DNA of 63,139 nt, the filler included, from Circinaria calcarea (lineage: Eukaryota), in the NCBI GenBank assembly GCA_051942165.1. It is 49 parts of 49 records of this genome, joined end to end, with 100 filler letters (N's around TTAATTAATTAA, not from the genome) between each part and the next. Parts side by side here need not be neighbours in the genome. Positions count along the whole stretch, not along the records: positions 11,721 to 12,920 come from JAVECS010005135.1; positions 13,021 to 14,219 come from JAVECS010005136.1; positions 14,320 to 15,518 come from JAVECS010005137.1; positions 15,619 to 16,817 come from JAVECS010005138.1; positions 16,918 to 18,116 come from JAVECS010005139.1; positions 18,217 to 19,414 come from JAVECS010005140.1; positions 19,515 to 20,712 come from JAVECS010005141.1; positions 20,813 to 22,009 come from JAVECS010005142.1; 41 more parts are not named here. One strand, given 5' to 3'. Both the position numbers and the translations under genes were made by a program. Shown in pieces: positions 12,685 to 24,221 of the stretch. Every line of letters starts with the position of its first letter. Position 1 is the first letter of the stretch. Under the pieces are notes generated by a model, which was not told the origin of the DNA, did not search any database, and saw only the letters and a program-made list of their open reading frames with translations.

Positions 12685-13020
12685 TTTCCCGGGATCTTTT
12701 TTAAATAGAAGGTTTGTTATTACACTGTAATAAAAGCTATTAGAAAACGCCAATAATAAATTAATTAAATTAGGCTTCAAAATATATTATATTAACACGC
12801 TCGCGGCTCTAATTTCGGTAACTTAGCTTGCTTAATTAAGCTAGCCAGAACCTAGTTATTACATGTCCATATCCGCAAAGCTCCCGTCCCCGTCTCAAAC
12901 CCCCCGTCCCAGTTCTAAACNNNNNNNNNNNNNNNNNNNNNNNNNNNNNNNNNNNNNNNNNNNNTTAATTAATTAANNNNNNNNNNNNNNNNNNNNNNNN
13001 NNNNNNNNNNNNNNNNNNNN

Positions 13021-14219
13021 GTAGAGGAGGAGGAAGAGGGAGAGGAGGAGGGGGAAGAGGAGGAAGGGAATGTGCTTGTTGCGTGCGAGATGGGAAGATC
13101 CGAGGACGACGAAATGGTGATACTAGTCAAGGGTGTCATGACCAGAGCAGTGGAACTCCTAGGTTTCATTTCTCGGCTGGTCGTTGTTGATGTCTCGGTC
13201 GAGCTAGCCACGGTGACCAATGCAATGGTGGACGTCGACGATCCTGCCATCCAAGGAGTACGACTGACCGTTACCAACGACCTGGTCGAGCCAACTCTCG
13301 TGACCAACGCAATGGTGGGCTTCGAAGGCTCTGCCGTCGAAGGAGATGTCCGTGGGTCGATACCGCTTGAGCTGTCACTGATAGTCATCGATAGCGAGAG
13401 AAGTATCTGTTGGCTATTACTGCTTGAGCTTACATCAGAAGTCATGGGTAGCAGCGCCTTGGTCGGAACCAGGGAAGCAGTTCCAGAGGTTGTCACCGAA
13501 GTTCCCATGGAATTTATTGGGAGTACCGGGGCAGTTGTTGTCAGAGTCAGCGTCGCAAAGTCTAGATCGGAGGATCCTGCGGTGGAGGGCACCGACTCAG
13601 CGCTGGATGCCGTGGGATCAACAAAATCAGAAGGTTTCTAAAAAAACCCCCCCCCCATCGTCAGCACTCGAATCTATCATCTTTCCCATCCTCCTCTCTC
13701 GCAGGCCCAAGAATAAATACCGGCTCCGCACCAAAAAGGGTAGGTCTAAGAGAAAAGATAATAAAAAAACCCAAGAAAAACTCACACAAACCACCCTCGC
13801 CCACGCCTCTTCGCCCTCAAACCCCACCTTCATCACCGGCCTTCCCCCGCCATCAAACCGGAGCCAGCCCTCGGCGTCCGTGGCCACGTGCTCGACGTCC
13901 ACGCCGTCCACCAGCGTGCTGCCGTAGTACACGCGCACGGTCCGGGCGTCCGCATGGTCGGCGAAGGCGCCGGGGGCCAGCTTTCGGACCGAGCAGAGGC
14001 TGCCGCCGCTGATGAGGTTGCTACCGTAGGAGAGGTCGGTGCTGGTGCCGCCGGGGGGGTTTTGGTCTGCGGCTCGGGGGCGAGAAGAGGGGGAAGAGGC
14101 GTTGATGAGGTGCGAGCCGACGGCTACGTGGACGGGTCCTTTGATGTGCAGGCCTGGGATGGTGATGCCCGGGGGGAGACTGCCGTCGAGATGTGTTGGT
14201 GTTGGTAACCGCTTGGAGG
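13021..14219 (-). CDS. Unknown protein with a Ser/Thr-rich region, partial; intron 13638-13785
   Basis: ...EEAWARVVC|GTGAGT...GCTGAC...TAG|KPSDFVDP joins two ORF-track frames in phase 0. Confidence 0.6.
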
Positions 14220-15001
14220 NNNNNNNNNNNNNNNNNNNNNNNNNNNNNNNNNNNNNNNNNNNNTTAATTAATTAANNNNNNNNNNNNNNNNNNNNNNNNN
14301 NNNNNNNNNNNNNNNNNNNGGAAGAAGGGAAAGGAGGGAAAGGAGAAGGGTGGGATGGTAAGGACGGTAAGGATGCTGGAAGGGGAAAGTTGACTACGAC
14401 GATCAAGAGCGGTAAGGTCTGGGCTGACTGAGCATGACTACTCGATGGCATAGATCGTGCAATGTATAGAGCATGGGGAAGAGTGCTAAAGAATGATTGG
14501 AGCTATAGAAGCTAGTCTGTGAGCATCACCCATGTGAGAGTAGCCGTGTAAGATGTCAAGTTCTTTGGAAATGTCCTAATTAGATTTGTATTTTTGGGGC
14601 AGTGACATGAGAAGTGGTTGCTTCAGCCAGTAACCATTTTTAGTCTTGCATACCGTAATCGCATCCTTTTCTATTCGGAACTTTGTGCTCCAGGATGGGT
14701 AGTTCGTGCCTTGTTCAAAGAACACCTATGCTATTGGCAGGTTGAGAAAGCAAGGAAGCTCGGTCTGAATCCCATGCCTGTAATCAAAATTCTCAATGGG
14801 TCGGATTTTGGCAGGAGAACGGAATCATATAACAATCGATAGACGAGAAGGCAACGGCCTCTAAATTTGACCCAATATAGAAGCCTGGGCTGTCCTGGGT
14901 CCGTTGGTTTCGAGTTGCGGTTGGATGGTTTGGCAGTCTACTTAGGCAAAGAAGTGCCTGTTAAGTGAAGAAACTCGTCCATCTGTGAGGCAAAAAAGCT
15001 G

Positions 15002-15518
15002 CTATCCCAATGCCGCCCGGAGGTACTGGTAACCGCATTAACGACAACCTTAGGAAAGGGTGTTTGATTCCTTACCTGAAGTCGACCAGCACCCACATCC
15101 GCCTCGGATAACCTCGCATTGGAAAATGTTAAGTTTGCAAGATCCTTCTTCCTATCCTGGATCAGGACAACTTTCTATAAGTAGTCAGTAGACATACATA
15201 GCGGAATGATCCATGGGCTGCAGTTACTTCTTCGAATGAATTACTCATGATATATCGAATGGTTGTCACGGCTTTTGTCTGTCCCATGCGATGGACGCGG
15301 CAAAGGGCCTGCTCTTCCATCATGGGGTTCCATTGAGGTTCGAGAAGGTAAGCTCTGGATGCCGCAGTGAGATCCAAACTTATGAAAGCGGTTAGCGGTG
15401 AGATTAATCATTCACGGAAAATATAGCTCTTACCCAACTCCACCACAGGATATAGAGACAAGCACTACCTGGATATCAGGGTCCTCCTGAAATCCGCGGA
15501 CGGCTTCTGCTCGCTTGC
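15002..15518 (-). CDS. SNF2/Rad5-Rad16-like helicase, C-terminal HELICc exons (3 introns)
   Basis: SISCGGVG|LDLTAASRAYLLEPQWNPMMEEQALCRVHRMGQ; ends YLRAALG*. Confidence 0.85.
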
Positions 15519-15618
15519 NNNNNNNNNNNNNNNNNNNNNNNNNNNNNNNNNNNNNNNNNNNNTTAATTAATTAANNNNNNNNNNNNNNNNNNNNNNNNNN
15601 NNNNNNNNNNNNNNNNNN

Positions 15619-15893
15619 ACATGAGCCTGCTGACCGAGGGTACGAGCGCCAGTGAAAGACGAAGGCGGCAAGATCTCAAGAAAGCAATCATCAGTCTGCT
15701 CGACGAAATGACGCGCCACGGCGGAGCGGCCAGATATGCAGAGGTGTACAAGAGAATTAGCGAGCAAGGGAGCGCGCAAGTGGACGCGACGGAGTTTTCG
15801 GATGCTTTAAGGTCATTGGAACAGGAAGGGCAGGTTTCCGTCAGCGGTGAAGGGCCAAGGAGAAACATCAGACGAATCAGCGGAACTGCGTAA
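15619..15893 (+). CDS. MCM4: DNA replication licensing factor Mcm4, C-terminus
   Basis: MSLLTEGTSASERRRR..LK..I and terminal winged-helix GEG.RR.IRR. Confidence 0.8.
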
Positions 15894-16135
15894 GTGGTTC
15901 ATGTGAGCACAATACAATAAGCGATGCAGCGGCGTTCTGGTCTTGGATGTTTAGGATGATACCATGCAGGTTGAGGTAGTCGATGGCAACCAGTTTAGAA
16001 TATGCAACGAATACCCTTCTATTGTCTGGAGAATTGGGTGGGGCTCGAAAAGGGAAAGCAAGCTAGAGAAAGATTCGCGTATGTGACTGTAACAGAGGCG
16101 TATGGTAGGGCTGGCAGTTGGAGATGGTCCATGCG

Positions 16136-16141
16136 CACGTG
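16136..16141. promoter_or_regulatory. CACGTG E-box (Pho4/NUC-1/PalcA-type site) upstream of VTC4
   Basis: Exact CACGTG 246 bp before the VTC4 ATG; VTC genes are known PHO-regulon members. Confidence 0.5.
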
Positions 16142-16381
16142 GAAGGTCCGTCGTGCTGATTGGCCAATGGCTTTGGCATTCGAGCCTTCTGCACTCGGTA
16201 CATTCTACTTATATGCAGCATTGAGGATGATGTCAAAGCTCCGTCGATGCTCCTGCGGGGCGTGTGTCTGTCCATTTCATATGACATGTTAAATCCGGGT
16301 TACAGGTGTTTGATTGTAAGATTTGACAGATCGTGGGGAGTGGTATCTGCATGATTGGAATTAGAGAAGGTTGCCCTCGTC

Positions 16382-16817
16382 ATGAAGTGTTGCTCCCCTG
16401 ATCCTTAGATGCCATCAAGCCCTCCCGCTGACCGTCCATAGTCGGGCAGCAGCTACGCACATCGCTGATCAAGGATTACTACTATTACTACATCTCATAC
16501 GACTATCTCAAGAATGCGCTCAAGACTCCGTTTGAGTCCGAACCCTCTCCAGACAATCCCAACCCTCAAAGGCGCCCGTGGACCGAAGATGACGAGAAGT
16601 CCTTCGTTGCGCAGCTCGAAGCCGAACTCGACAAAGTCTACACCTTTCAACGAGTCAAGTCGGAGGAGATTGTTCGAAGGATAAAAGCGAGCGAGAGGGA
16701 GGTCAATGAAGTTATCGCGCGGCTGGACGGCAGAGATGTTGGCGAGCCTGCACAGAATGGGAATCCGAACGGTGCTAAAGAGGGGACGCCGTCCGAGGAG
16801 GACTTTTTACTGCTGGA
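16382..16817 (+). CDS. VTC4: Vacuolar transporter chaperone Vtc4 (polyphosphate polymerase), N-terminal SPX domain; 7-nt first coding exon, intron 16389-16441
   Basis: ATGAAGT|intron|TCGGG gives MKFGQQLRTSLIKDYYYYYISYDYLK...WTEDDEKSFV..LE.ELDKV; missing from the ORF track. Confidence 0.85.
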
Positions 16818-16917
16818 NNNNNNNNNNNNNNNNNNNNNNNNNNNNNNNNNNNNNNNNNNNNTTAATTAATTAANNNNNNNNNNNNNNNNNNNNNNNNNNN
16901 NNNNNNNNNNNNNNNNN

Positions 16918-18116
16918 TCAGCAAAAGCTTGATGCTGTGGCGGACCTTGCCAGAGAAGCCGGCATGAAATTTCCACAGGTTGAAAGAGCTGCACGGCGGC
17001 CTATCAAAGCTGCGCGGTCGAAGAACCAGGCGGAGGCCCAGGACTTGGAATATGGTCATAGGGTCAGGCATGGTGCTCGATGGTTTGAAGATACGCTCCT
17101 TGAATTTAGGGATTCCTTGTGGGGAGCTATGGACAGTCCACTTGCGCCGGGTGCGAAATGGACCAGACTTAATGAATTAGCCCAACAAGCTGCCAATACC
17201 TTTCGACGGTTTGGAGGCCCTGGAAGTGGTGGAGGCCCTGGAAGTGGTGGAGGCCCTGGAGGTGGTGGAGGTCCTAGAGGTGGTGGAGGCCCTAGAGGAG
17301 ATGGAGGGGATGGAGGTGGAGGAGACGGAGGAGACGGAGAAGGCGGAAGTCCTAGAGGTGGTGGAGGTCCTGGAGGGGATGGAGATTCTGGGGGCGATGG
17401 AGGAGATGGAGATTCTGGGGGAGATGGAGGAGATGGAAGAGGTGGAGAAGGTCCACATTACGGTCTCATCAACAAGACGAGGAAGCTCTACGGGGTATTG
17501 AGAACCACATGGAAAACGCAGAGAAACTGGCCGAGGCTGGGCAGGGAAAAAGTATAGACGAATTTCCGAGGCGAAGAAAGTCCGAGTTAACTAAGGTACA
17601 GGAGAACTTCGATGTGGCCAGGACGAAACCAGCCGCGGCTAATAAGGCGAGGGAAGATGAGTTGGCTAGGTTACAGGGAAGAGTCGACGACACTGGGGAG
17701 ACGATTGAGAGCGAAGTAAGGAGGAAGAGGCAAAATGAGCATGACGGGCTACGACAAGCTAAGGAGAAAAGAGATGCGGATGAGAGAGAAGCGGCAGAGG
17801 GAAAAGCGGCCGAGGAACAACTAGTGCAAGAGCAGAGAAAGGCACACGAAGCTTACGTAACCAGACAAGATGTAGCCAGGCGAAGAGCACGCGAGAAGCA
17901 GAAGGAAGTAGACGATGAGGCAGCCGAGAAGCGGAGAGCAGACCGTGAAGCATCCATCGAAGCCTGGTACAGGCGACTGAAAGCAGCCGATTATGATGAA
18001 GAAGAGGAAGAAGAGGAAGAGGAATATGCAGCTTCTGACGATGGGCAGCCCCCGCCTACAGGGGGAAAGCGGGGAAGGTCACGGGGAAGTGGAGGGGGGA
18101 AGAAAACTGCAAAGGC
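16918..18116 (+). CDS. Unknown Gly-repeat and charged coiled-coil protein, apparently frameshifted within or after the repeat
   Basis: Overlapping ORFs 16937-17557 (GGPGGG/GGDG repeats) and 17509-18116 (E/K/R-rich, basic tail). Confidence 0.45.
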
Positions 18117-18216
18117 NNNNNNNNNNNNNNNNNNNNNNNNNNNNNNNNNNNNNNNNNNNNTTAATTAATTAANNNNNNNNNNNNNNNNNNNNNNNNNNNN
18201 NNNNNNNNNNNNNNNN

Positions 18217-19414
18217 AGTTGTTGCCAACGCTCAAGCTCGGCTTTCCGCACAAATACAAGTTCGTAAAGGTCAGTAGTCCTTTGCTCAAACTCGACGCCC
18301 ATACCTGGACGGAAACGGTAGTAGTCCCAATCGTCATCATTACGAATTTGAATAAAACACGCGCCCGCTTCGGTAGTACCCATGGCCGGTAGCAGCTTCA
18401 CATGTTCCGACAGCTTCTCTGCAACAGACCTAGGAAGCGGTGCACCAGCAAAGTAGATATATTTAAGGTCCCGGAGACGCTTGAGGTCAACAGGGTCGCA
18501 GCAAAGAGTTTCTATCAGGGAAGGTGGCATGATGGCTCCGGCAGCGTTGCCGAATTCAAGGATTTGAGTGACACTGGCAGCTGTAGCGGGACCCAAACTA
18601 CCCGGACCGATTACAATAGTAGTATTGAGAAAAACGGTCATCTGCAGAGCGACGGTCATACCAACAAGATATATATATCAGCTACGTACTTCTAAAAAAC
18701 ATATATATATATATGTAAAATATTATAAAGTAACTTGAAGGTTGCAGGACCCGAGACTGACATGAAGAGTAGGTAGCGGTGTATACCAGCGTTTGTTTCG
18801 GAAATGATCGTTCATTGTTTCTTCAATAGCGTCCGGCATCATTTCTGCAGCATCGAGCGACGTCATCATCTGGTTGGTATAAAATATAGGTTTAGGGAGT
18901 CCTGAACAATGGCAATTAGTGATCAAATTATTATATCCAGCGAAGCTGAAATTTATCACCAGTAGTTCCTGACGTGTGGAAGATTAACCAAGGATCAGAT
19001 CTGCCTTCCTCCCACGATTTATTGTAAGGGAAAGAACGAGCCTTCTCGTCCCGTAGCCATGCGGACGTTTCTGGGATCTCTATTGATCGAATTTCCGATG
19101 TTTTTTCAACGACTTGATTGACTAGCAGTCCACTGGCCGCTGCATGAAGATATGTACTGCATTTGGTGGCTTGAAGTAGATGGATTTGCGCATCTGGTGT
19201 TGCGAACGGCGAGGGTAGCAAGAGCTTGCAAGTCGTATATTAGCTACGATCTTGTCACGTGGATCGTGATTTTCATACCTGCTTGCCAATTTTGACTACT
19301 GCCACAGCAAGAATAGGATACCTTAAATCTTTGGGTCCGGCATATGCTATCGTCTCGAACTTGTGCGAGGATCTATGTAGATTTTCTTGAAGCCACCATG
19401 AAGCGTGATCTATA
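18217..19414 (-). CDS. NRPS-like (carboxylic-acid-reductase type) adenylation domain, partial, 3 introns; third acceptor appears defective
   Basis: HTSGTTG|LPKP, YFAGAPL and MGTTEAG motifs. Confidence 0.85.
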
Positions 19415-19514
19415 NNNNNNNNNNNNNNNNNNNNNNNNNNNNNNNNNNNNNNNNNNNNTTAATTAATTAANNNNNNNNNNNNNNNNNNNNNNNNNNNNNN
19501 NNNNNNNNNNNNNN

Positions 19515-20712
19515 GATGAGCCGTTGACCGCAATGCCGAGTAGCCGGTGGTGGTTCAGGGATTGCGACGACTTGGATGAGCCGGACCAAGTGGTACTGAT
19601 ACTGGTAAACCATTCCTGGAAGAGGGGTTTGAGTCCCGGCACGGATAAGGCGATCAGAGTGCCGCCGATTTCGGCGTTTTCGATGGCGAGCATCGGGTCG
19701 TAGTACCAGGACTGGTCGGGCTCCCATTGTCCGCGGACTACCAGATAGAGGCGGACACAAGAAATACTAAGTTGGTTAGGACCCTAGGTAAGGATGAGTC
19801 GATTCATGGGTGCGGCCTTACATGATGACACTAAAGGGAGATGGTCAGACGTGTTGTCGCAGACAGCGGCGATGCGGAAGTAAGAGAGGCCGGGTTAAGA
19901 ACTCACAGTACACCGGGGAAAAGCACCAAAGCGAGCAGAATCTTCTTCTTCAAGCTCAACATGAGCGAGTGAATGATCATTGACGGAATCGAAAACATAA
20001 TCAGGTCACAGACCACTGAAATGGTCGAATTGACAACGTAGACCACGCCCCATTGCAGACAAATGAAATTATTCACGTCGGGCAATTGCCATGCATAAGG
20101 CCAGAGTCCTGTCACCGGAAGGCAGTGGAAGATGAGGAGGAAGACCTGTGGGAGGTATGCCGTGACTAGGAAGCCAGCCGCGATGTTGGTGATGATGATG
20201 AACTTTTTGCGGCCATTGCAGATGCGGCGGTAGAAAACCAGACCGGAAAGGCGACACACAAAGAGCGCAGTCGTGTAAAGGATGTGGGCAGCAAAGTCGA
20301 CCACTTCGGTTAACCTTATCGTCGGAATGGTCAAAACATACTGGATGTACTCTATATGTCTCCCGGAGCCGAGAAAGATGAGCCAGATGGATAGAGCGAT
20401 GAAGATGACGTAGATTACCTACGGCGGTTCCAGGGAGGAGAGTAAGCGGGGGAATGAGTATGAGATCGTCTTGGGCTTACAGAGGCGTCTGCTCAGGCGG
20501 CGAGATGGGGTTTCACTTACCATGGACAGTAGGGCAAGCTTATCATCGAGACCAAAGCTTTTGACGAGGAACAGACGAGCATAGTAGCGTAGGAGCAGCA
20601 AGAGGAAAGTGAGAATGCCGATGGCAAGGATGGCGCCTATCGCCGGTCCGTCCCTGCTCTGGGCGAGGTATTCTGCTGTGATTCCAGACGGAATGTCCTT
20701 ACGGCTAGCAAA
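19515..20712 (-). CDS. PTH11-like GPCR (fungal rhodopsin-domain membrane protein), partial
   Basis: LRYYARL...FGLDD, G.GRH, FHCLPV..W, CDLIMF.IP transmembrane pattern. Confidence 0.85.
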
Positions 20713-21192
20713 NNNNNNNNNNNNNNNNNNNNNNNNNNNNNNNNNNNNNNNNNNNNTTAATTAATTAANNNNNNNNNNNNNNNNNNNNNNNNNNNNNNNN
20801 NNNNNNNNNNNNTCTTATACCCCCATGCCCCGCACTTTATTTCAATGGGCATTCATTTCTAACAGCCGAGCTTTATAGCCCAACCAATAGGCCTCAACCA
20901 ACATAAACAGGCCACAGTAGTTGCCGCCCCCAGGTGTGGCGGCGGAAAATGCACGAGCGATATTAAAATCTGTTACACATCGCCCACGAGCGGTACGTAG
21001 TGCACAGTTGGTCAAGTCACCAATCAAAAAGAAAGGAAGGAAAGAAGCTTAGCTATAATCAATTAAGCTGTTGAATCGATATTCTTTACATGACGCAACT
21101 CATTGATTCCGCTGATTGCGTTACGCGTGTTAAACTGTTTTATATATACAATTAACATCGCCATATTAGCATATGGCAGTAATATGTAACAT

Positions 21193-21535
21193 TGGGGAAG
21201 TCGTCCGGTTTTTCAAAGTAATATATCTGGTAGCGGAAAGAAATGAAATTTACCATCATGTGACATGACTTCTGAGTTAAGCCATTTTCAAATATCTCGC
21301 AACTGATGCGCTGTATACTCTGTATACGATACCCACTAAAGGTATACGCATCGTAAGTATTGAGTGATTTACTTGGGCCGTAATGCGCATTTAAAGTATA
21401 ATATCAATCGCGATATCGAGATTCAAGTCCAAGTCGCAATATAATCAGAAATTTGTGAATTTCCACTATGTAGTTCTGAATCTTTATTTCACGACCGGTT
21501 AAATTACTTCAGAAAAGCCGGACGACTTTCCCCCA
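21193..21535. mobile_element. MITE-like element with about 50-bp imperfect TIRs
   Basis: Left TGGGGAAGTCGTCCGGTTTTTCAAAGTAAT vs reverse complement of right end TGGGGGAAAGTCGTCCGGCTTTTCTGAAGTAAT; AT-rich non-coding interior. Confidence 0.7.
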
Positions 21536-21900
21536 TATAGGTTGGTGCTTCTACTGCCAATAGAATGAAAGTCGCTGAAAGGTCAAAGGGTCTGTATCAG
21601 CTGAAGCCGCCCGCCCAGCCTGGCGGAGTTGCCCAGAGGTCCAGCGATGAGCGGCCAACTTACTAGCGACACCTTTTCTCTAACCTGCGCCGCAAGCTGA
21701 AGAAACCCAGCTGACGTTCCTACCAACATCCGGGGATGTGGAGAGAAAGCGGGTTAGTCAATTCAAGTTTTATCAGTCTCCCGCCTTCCATGTTATGTCT
21801 CACTTGTTGCACCAAGCGGGCATTTCATCTATAAAAAGGACGTAAACCCGCCATTCAAAAAGGGCAACCGTCAATCCACAAAACCCTCCCTAGTCTCACA

Positions 21901-22009
21901 ATGTCCTCACCCACCTACCCCTTTTCGTCTTCCAAGGACCTCACCATCCTCGCCTTGGGCGAAACAGCCGAGGACAAAGCGGCCGTGCTGGACGGCCTCA
22001 AACTCGCCA
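21901..22009 (+). CDS. 5' end of an unidentified gene
   Basis: CACAATG start about 70 bp after TATAAAA; MSSPTYPFSSSKDLTILALGET... open to the contig end. Confidence 0.5.
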
Positions 22010-22403
22010 NNNNNNNNNNNNNNNNNNNNNNNNNNNNNNNNNNNNNNNNNNNNTTAATTAATTAANNNNNNNNNNNNNNNNNNNNNNNNNNNNNNNNNNN
22101 NNNNNNNNNAAACGTTGAAATCCATACCCTTATTAATTATACGAAAGTAATAAGAGATCCTATTTAGAGAGAATTATAAAAAGAAATAATAAAAATTAAA
22201 TTTATTATATTAATATCGAACGGAATATAAAAAAAATTATATTATTAAAAAATATTAATATTATCACGAGTAAATAAATATTTAAATTTAAATTATAAAT
22301 TAATAATAAATTCGATAAATTAAAAATAAAAATTATAATAAAAAATTTCTTATAAATACACGAAATCGATTATAAAAATATATTTATCTCGATTATTAAA
22401 TAT

Positions 22404-22586
22404 AATTGAATATAGTACGGTGAGTGCTACTGCACGACTTGTTGGTGGAATTATTATTATATTGAAGGTTATTTAACTAGCTACGCTGTGTGTGCGATAT
22501 GTGTACTCGCCCACTACTACGTTATTCCCTATTGGGTGTTGCCTATAGCAACTCGCTAGTAAGGAGGAATGCACCGTATTTTAACT
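22404..22586 (-). mobile_element. 183-bp LTR-like element with AG...CT termini (second copy at 29992-30891)
   Basis: Aligns in reverse to the outermost layer at 29992-30891 and has the same net length; ends AATTGAA...TTTAACT; no TSD here. Confidence 0.7.
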
Positions 22587-22640
22587 ATAATTTAAAAAAT
22601 TATATTAAAATTATTATTTAATTTTTTTTTAATAATTATA

Positions 22641-23005
22641 TATAAGGGCGCTGCAATCCTTGAGGCCTAATGAGGAATATATTAGATCTCGATTGGTAAT
22701 AGCACGATTATATAGGGCGTAGTTGAACTATTGCCCTAGGCTCAATAATATGGAGTCTATTGAACACGGTCTATAAGCATGCTATTCTAAAGAGGCGGAA
22801 TAGCCTGCCTATATAGTACACTGGCTCAGATGGCTCAGGCGGTTTCCTCCTGGATCCTTCTGATCCCCCTGAGCATAGAACCCTATGCTTAGATGGCTCC
22901 GGTGCCAAGCCTTCTGAGCTTCCTGAGCACCGGTTGTCGGGTTAATCCACCCCGACGGTAGGCTGTCCTGGATTAATCTTTCCAGTATGGCGTAGCGCCA
23001 TAACA
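22641..23005 (-). mobile_element. Solo LTR (365 bp), same family as 30108-30819 and 30313-30663
   Basis: TATAAGGGCGCTGC (G>A from TGTAAGG)...CGCCATAACA; 5-bp TSD TTATA at 22636-22640 and 23006-23010. Confidence 0.9.
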
Positions 23006-23405
23006 TTATATCCTCCGAGAACTTTTTTATTTTTTTATCGATTTTTATTAAAGTATTCTACCCGATTAAAAATTTTAATATTTTATTTTTTAACTCGCCC
23101 GTTTTTTCTTTTTTATTAATAATTTTATAAATTTTATTAATTATTTTTTCTAAATCTCTAAATTATTTATTATTTATAATTTTTATTATATTTATCGTTT
23201 TTTTAGCTATTATATTATAATAATATTCCGGTATTTTATTTATAATTATTTAAAATATATTAAGGAAATTCGTTTTAAAAATATTTAATTCGATAATAAA
23301 TATAGNNNNNNNNNNNNNNNNNNNNNNNNNNNNNNNNNNNNNNNNNNNNTTAATTAATTAANNNNNNNNNNNNNNNNNNNNNNNNNNNNNNNNNNNNNNN
23401 NNNNN

Positions 23406-24221
23406 CATGTACGACGACATCGCTGCTATCCGAGCCGTCATTGCACCGCTCGTCGAGGACGGCAAGGAGGTCCTTCTCGTCCTCCATTCCGCCGGCGGCT
23501 TTCTGGGCTCCAACGCGATCAAAGAGCTGAGCGTTCAGGAACGAAAGGCGGAAGGGAAGCCGGGCGGAGTCTGTAAACTGGTCTTTTTGGCCGGGGCAGT
23601 GTTTGAGGAAGGATTTCGCCATGGTCCACTGCCGTTTTTTGACTACCAGGTAATTTCTTTCTTCCTTTTAGGTTGGGAGGTGACAAATATCCCCATTGCC
23701 TTCCTTTTCTACGTCTCATCTCCCATTTTCCTCGACTCCACACCTACAGCCCCGTCACTGCGGTTCCGCCTCCTTTCCTCTCCCTGCAGATTTTCAACCA
23801 TCAACTCCCCCCCCAACCCTTTCCTCTTCCTGCAGATTTTCCACCATCAACTCCCCCCTCCCCCAGCCTTTCCTTCTAACCTTCTCGCCTGCTTCTTTCA
23901 AAGAGCGATCGAATGTACTGCAAAGACCCCAAGGCCCTCCTCTTCAATGATCTCCCGGCCGCCGAAGCGGATTCCTGGCTCGCGAAACTGGACTACCAGC
24001 CCGCATCGGGCTGGGACGACAAGATTACGTACGCCGGGTGGAAGAAGGTGCCGAGCGTGTATCTAGTCTGCGAGCGCGACGCGGTGCTGCCGCCGCCGAT
24101 GCAGGAGCAGATGGCGCAGACGGCCGGCGCCGAAATTATCAGGTGCGCCGGCGGGCACATGATCATATTGAGTCAGCCGGACAAGGTGGTGTGGTTGGTG
24201 GTTGGGGAAAGAAAGCTTTAA
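23406..24221 (+). CDS. Alpha/beta hydrolase (Abhydrolase_6, methylesterase-like), 5' truncated; intron 23650-23903
   Basis: LHSAGG nucleophile elbow, VPSVYLVCERD, AGGHM. Confidence 0.85.

Noticed and set aside
13072..13641. 189-aa plus-strand ORF and similar antisense ORFs (e.g. 35079-35579, 43188-43661)
   Set aside because: Shadows of real genes on the opposite strand.
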